From Vicinamibacteria bacterium (GTDB lineage Bacteria; Acidobacteriota; Vicinamibacteria; Marinacidobacterales; Marinacidobacteraceae), in contig OY729431.1 in the NCBI GenBank assembly GCA_963422395.1, positions 2,656,001 to 2,720,000 on the forward strand: a stretch of 64,000 nucleotides of DNA, read 5' to 3'. Of this stretch, positions 60,935 to 64,000 are shown in pieces; position 1 is the stretch's first letter, and every line of letters begins with the position of its first letter. The notes below the pieces were generated by a model. It did not search any database, was not told the origin of the DNA, and was given only the letters and a program-made list of their open reading frames with translations. The position numbers and the translations under genes are program-made.

Positions 60935-63900
60935 TCGAGTCGATGGTCCCGTTGTAGTTGCCGTAGTTCTCATGGTTGAGAAGGTTGAAAACTTCAGCGA
61001 TCGCAGAGACTCTCACCGGTCCCAAGTTGAAGATCTTCGAGAGGCGGAAGTCGACCTTGTGAAGCGCTTCGCCCTTCAGCGCATGCCTCGGCGCCTCGTT
61101 GCCGGGGCCGGTCCCGATCGTGGAGGGTCCGTCGAAGCGAGGCAGAATGTCCGGATTCACGGGGATCGGATCTCCGAGATTCAGGCGATTGGTGCTCGCC
61201 GTCTTTCCGTACGGCCGGCCCCCGACTGAAGTCCGGTAGCGGTTTCCGGAGCCGAAGAAGTACGCGCCCGAGATCGAGAAGTCGTACGGGAGCTGGTAGA
61301 TCCCATTGATACGGAAAGTGTTCCGCTGAAGATCGAGCGCGTTGCTCCATTCGGCGTCCAGGTCGAATGTGTTGTTGGGGAAGTCGAACCAGCCGCGAGT
61401 GTCATCACGCTTGAAGAAGATGACGGTGTGCGTCATGTTGACTTGGAAGTTGTCCCGGAACCGGCGGCGTAGCCCGCTGGAGAGCGCCAGGTAGTCCTGC
61501 TTTCCCGTGCTCTCGATGTAGCGGATTTGAGTGAAGTTGGGATCCAACCGGCCAGGCACGGTGTAGCCCGTCACCGGATCGAAGATCTGATTCGGATCAG
61601 TGGCTCGGGGGGTGTTGTACTCCTTCCAATGGAGCAGATCGGTTTCGAATCCCCACACCGTGCCGAGCTGCTTTTGGAAACCGATCGAGGTTTGCCAGGT
61701 GTAGGGCATGGCGAAATCGTGAGCGATCGTCCGTGGCGCCTGCGGCGGCACCGGCACTTCGCCGTTCAGGATCTGCTGCGGTGTCACTCCCCGGGTGGGA
61801 TCTTGCAAGAAGCCGGGCATCCCGTCGTTCGGGAACGAGTTCACCAGAATGCGCTGGCCGTTGAAGGATTGCTGGCTGAACGTCACATTCGACGAGCTGA
61901 TCGTGTGATAGATGCCCGACCCGCCGCGAATCACCAGATCGCCGCTGCCACCGACGTCGTATGCGAATCCGCCTCGAGGCGCGATGTTGTTCGTGTCGCG
62001 AATGTCCCACTTGAACAGGGAGTCTCCCGCTCCCCGGCCCGCACTCGATCCAGCGAACGGGGTCTGGATGTCGTTGCCCGGTGGGGCCAAAGCACCCCAG
62101 TCCAGATCGTAGCGGAGGCCGAAATTCAGGACCAGGTTGTCGTTCACCCGCCAGGTGTCGCCGGCCCAGGCGGCAAATGTAGGCCGGGGGATATCGATGA
62201 TCCAGTTACCGACGTTCTGACTGAATCTCGCGACCGTCGCGTCGAGCCCGCTCACATCCCAGCAGCTCGGAGTGGTGGCGCACTCCTGCGGGAAACGGCG
62301 TTCGAGATCAGCGGGGCGTTCGTTGAAGATGAATTCGCCCCTTTCGAGAAGATGCCACTCGCCGCCGTCCTTCCAGCTCAGGAACTCCGCGCCGAGCTTC
62401 AGGTCATGTTCCGTCTTGTTCCAGTTCAACTGAAAACGGGTGGAGAGAACATCCTGAGTGAACAATTGTGGGTAATTTCGCGGCCCACCGAATGTGATCC
62501 CGGGAAAGACATAGTTCGGTTGACAGTTCGATTGATCGATCTGCGCTACGCCGAAAGACTGATCACAACCGCCAACCGAACCATCGGCCAGCGAGTTCGT
62601 CCACTCGAAGCCGTTGTAGCCGACTTTCAGCTCGGTAAAGACCTGGGGGCTCAACAGACGACTCCAGGTGGCGAGAACGTTCAGGGAATCCTGCGTTCGC
62701 GCCCGGGCGTTCGAGGGGTGCTGTGAGCTCGTCATGGAGAACGCGGTTTCGAAGTCCCAGTAGGAGACCCGGTAGGAGAGCTGATCGCTGTCGGAGGCGG
62801 TGTGGTCCACGCGGGCGGTGAAGCTGTTCTGCGCTTCTGGCGTATCGAACACCCATTCCTGATTCGGGAGGCGAGCCGGCTGGACGAAAACGCTGGCCGG
62901 CTGTCGCTCGTACTCGTAAGACACGAAGTAATGGATCTTGTCGAGGACGAGGGGGCCGCCGAGCACTCCACCCGCCTGCTGATTCTCGAACGGCAGCACT
63001 TTTTTCGCGATGTGGTCCTCGGCGTTGAAGCGATCGTCACGGAAATACCCGTAGAGGCTGCCGGTGAAGTCGTTCGTCCCGGAGCGGGTGATGGCGTTCA
63101 CCTGACCTCCGGAGGATCGGCCCTGGGTAACGTCGAATTGATTCGTGACGATCTGGAACTCGGCGATGGCCTCACGGCTGAACTTGGGTTGACCGAAGCC
63201 GGAACTCGCCACCTGCTGGGTGATCTGCTGACCGTCCAGATTGAGCTGGAAACTTTCGTCGCGAGTGATGCCCGGGCGATTGTTGTTGGTGTCGTTGGCA
63301 GTGATGCCCTTCACCAACAGGGCGAGCTCCATCCAGTTGCGTCCTTGCACCGGCAAATCGTCCATCATGCGGCGATCCACATTGCCGGCTACTTCTGACG
63401 ACACCAGATCCACGAGGGGTGATTCCGCGGTGACGGTGATCGTTTCCTCGACCCCCGCGAGCGCCATCTGGATCGTGATGCTGGCGTTTTGGCCTACCAG
63501 GAGCTCGATCTCCGGGAGGACCATGTTGGCGAAGCCGGATAGCGTCGCTTCCACTCGGTAGGTTCCAGGCGGCAAGGTGGGCACCCGGAACACACCTGAG
63601 CCATCGGTCACGGCCAAGACCTGCCGCCCCGTGCTGTTTTCCACGGCCATGACCGTCACCCCGGGTAGAGCGCCTCCGGAAGTGTCTTCCACGGTCCCGG
63701 AGAGGGTCGCGGACTCCTGTGCCAGGGCGGCCAGGGGCAGCAATAGAAAACTCGCAAGCAGGAGCGCGGCCACGCGGTGCATGAGATTCTCCTTACTTCT
63801 ATGGGTACCTCAGCCAGGGATCAGAGCATGAAGCGCCAGATTGGAGGAAGCCCGACCCCTCAGGACGCACAGGGAACGTACGGATGAGCATGCGGCTCGG

Positions 63901-64000
63901 TGAGCAAGAGCAAAACGATCTTCAAGGAACAGGCTATATATGATGCGAGCAAGATCTGTGCCGCCATTTCCGTGGCGGATATTTCAATAAAACCAACCTG

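Larger units (their letters stand above)
59634..63782 (-). pseudogene. Oar-type TonB-dependent receptor interrupted by IS5 near its 3' end
   Basis: ORF 60924-63782 has a signal peptide, a carboxypeptidase-regulatory-like domain (GTVEDTSGGALPGVTV) and a barrel. Removing the IS restores the tail SSFGAPRQVTSTAYGPRAAQFAFRVEF*, with the stop at 59634-59636. Confidence 0.9.

Overview
High-GC bacterial chromosome segment, most likely Acidobacteriota (inferred from the Cys-rich RpoB insert, the SecY C-terminal insert, the S5 motif KGGKNLSF and an Oar-type TonB-dependent receptor). About 50 kb is housekeeping. On the minus strand lie the tRNA-tuf-rpmG-secE-nusG-rplKAJL-rpoBC block, the str/S10/spc/alpha ribosomal superoperon, and upstream rlmB, ispDF, radA, dnaB, rplI, rpsR, rpsF, pth, rplY, prs, tRNA-Gln, ispE, a lipoprotein, a TPR protein and purH. 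A YycJ-like hydrolase and purB are transcribed divergently from purH. The left end holds two peptidases, an Smr protein, an orphan PilM/N/O-like trio and an EF-G paralogue. At the right end an intact IS5-family element has clipped the last 27 codons from a TonB-dependent receptor. I found no CRISPR, prophage or defence island and cannot claim a clear new multi-gene system. The best leads are (1) tandem NrdR-like palindromes between purH and yycJ-purB, (2) unusual substitutions at antibiotic-binding sites of RpoB, RpoC and uL22, (3) a probable small structured RNA between rpoC and rpsL, and (4) catalytically altered Smr and EF-G2 proteins. Several start codons were re-assigned by eye.
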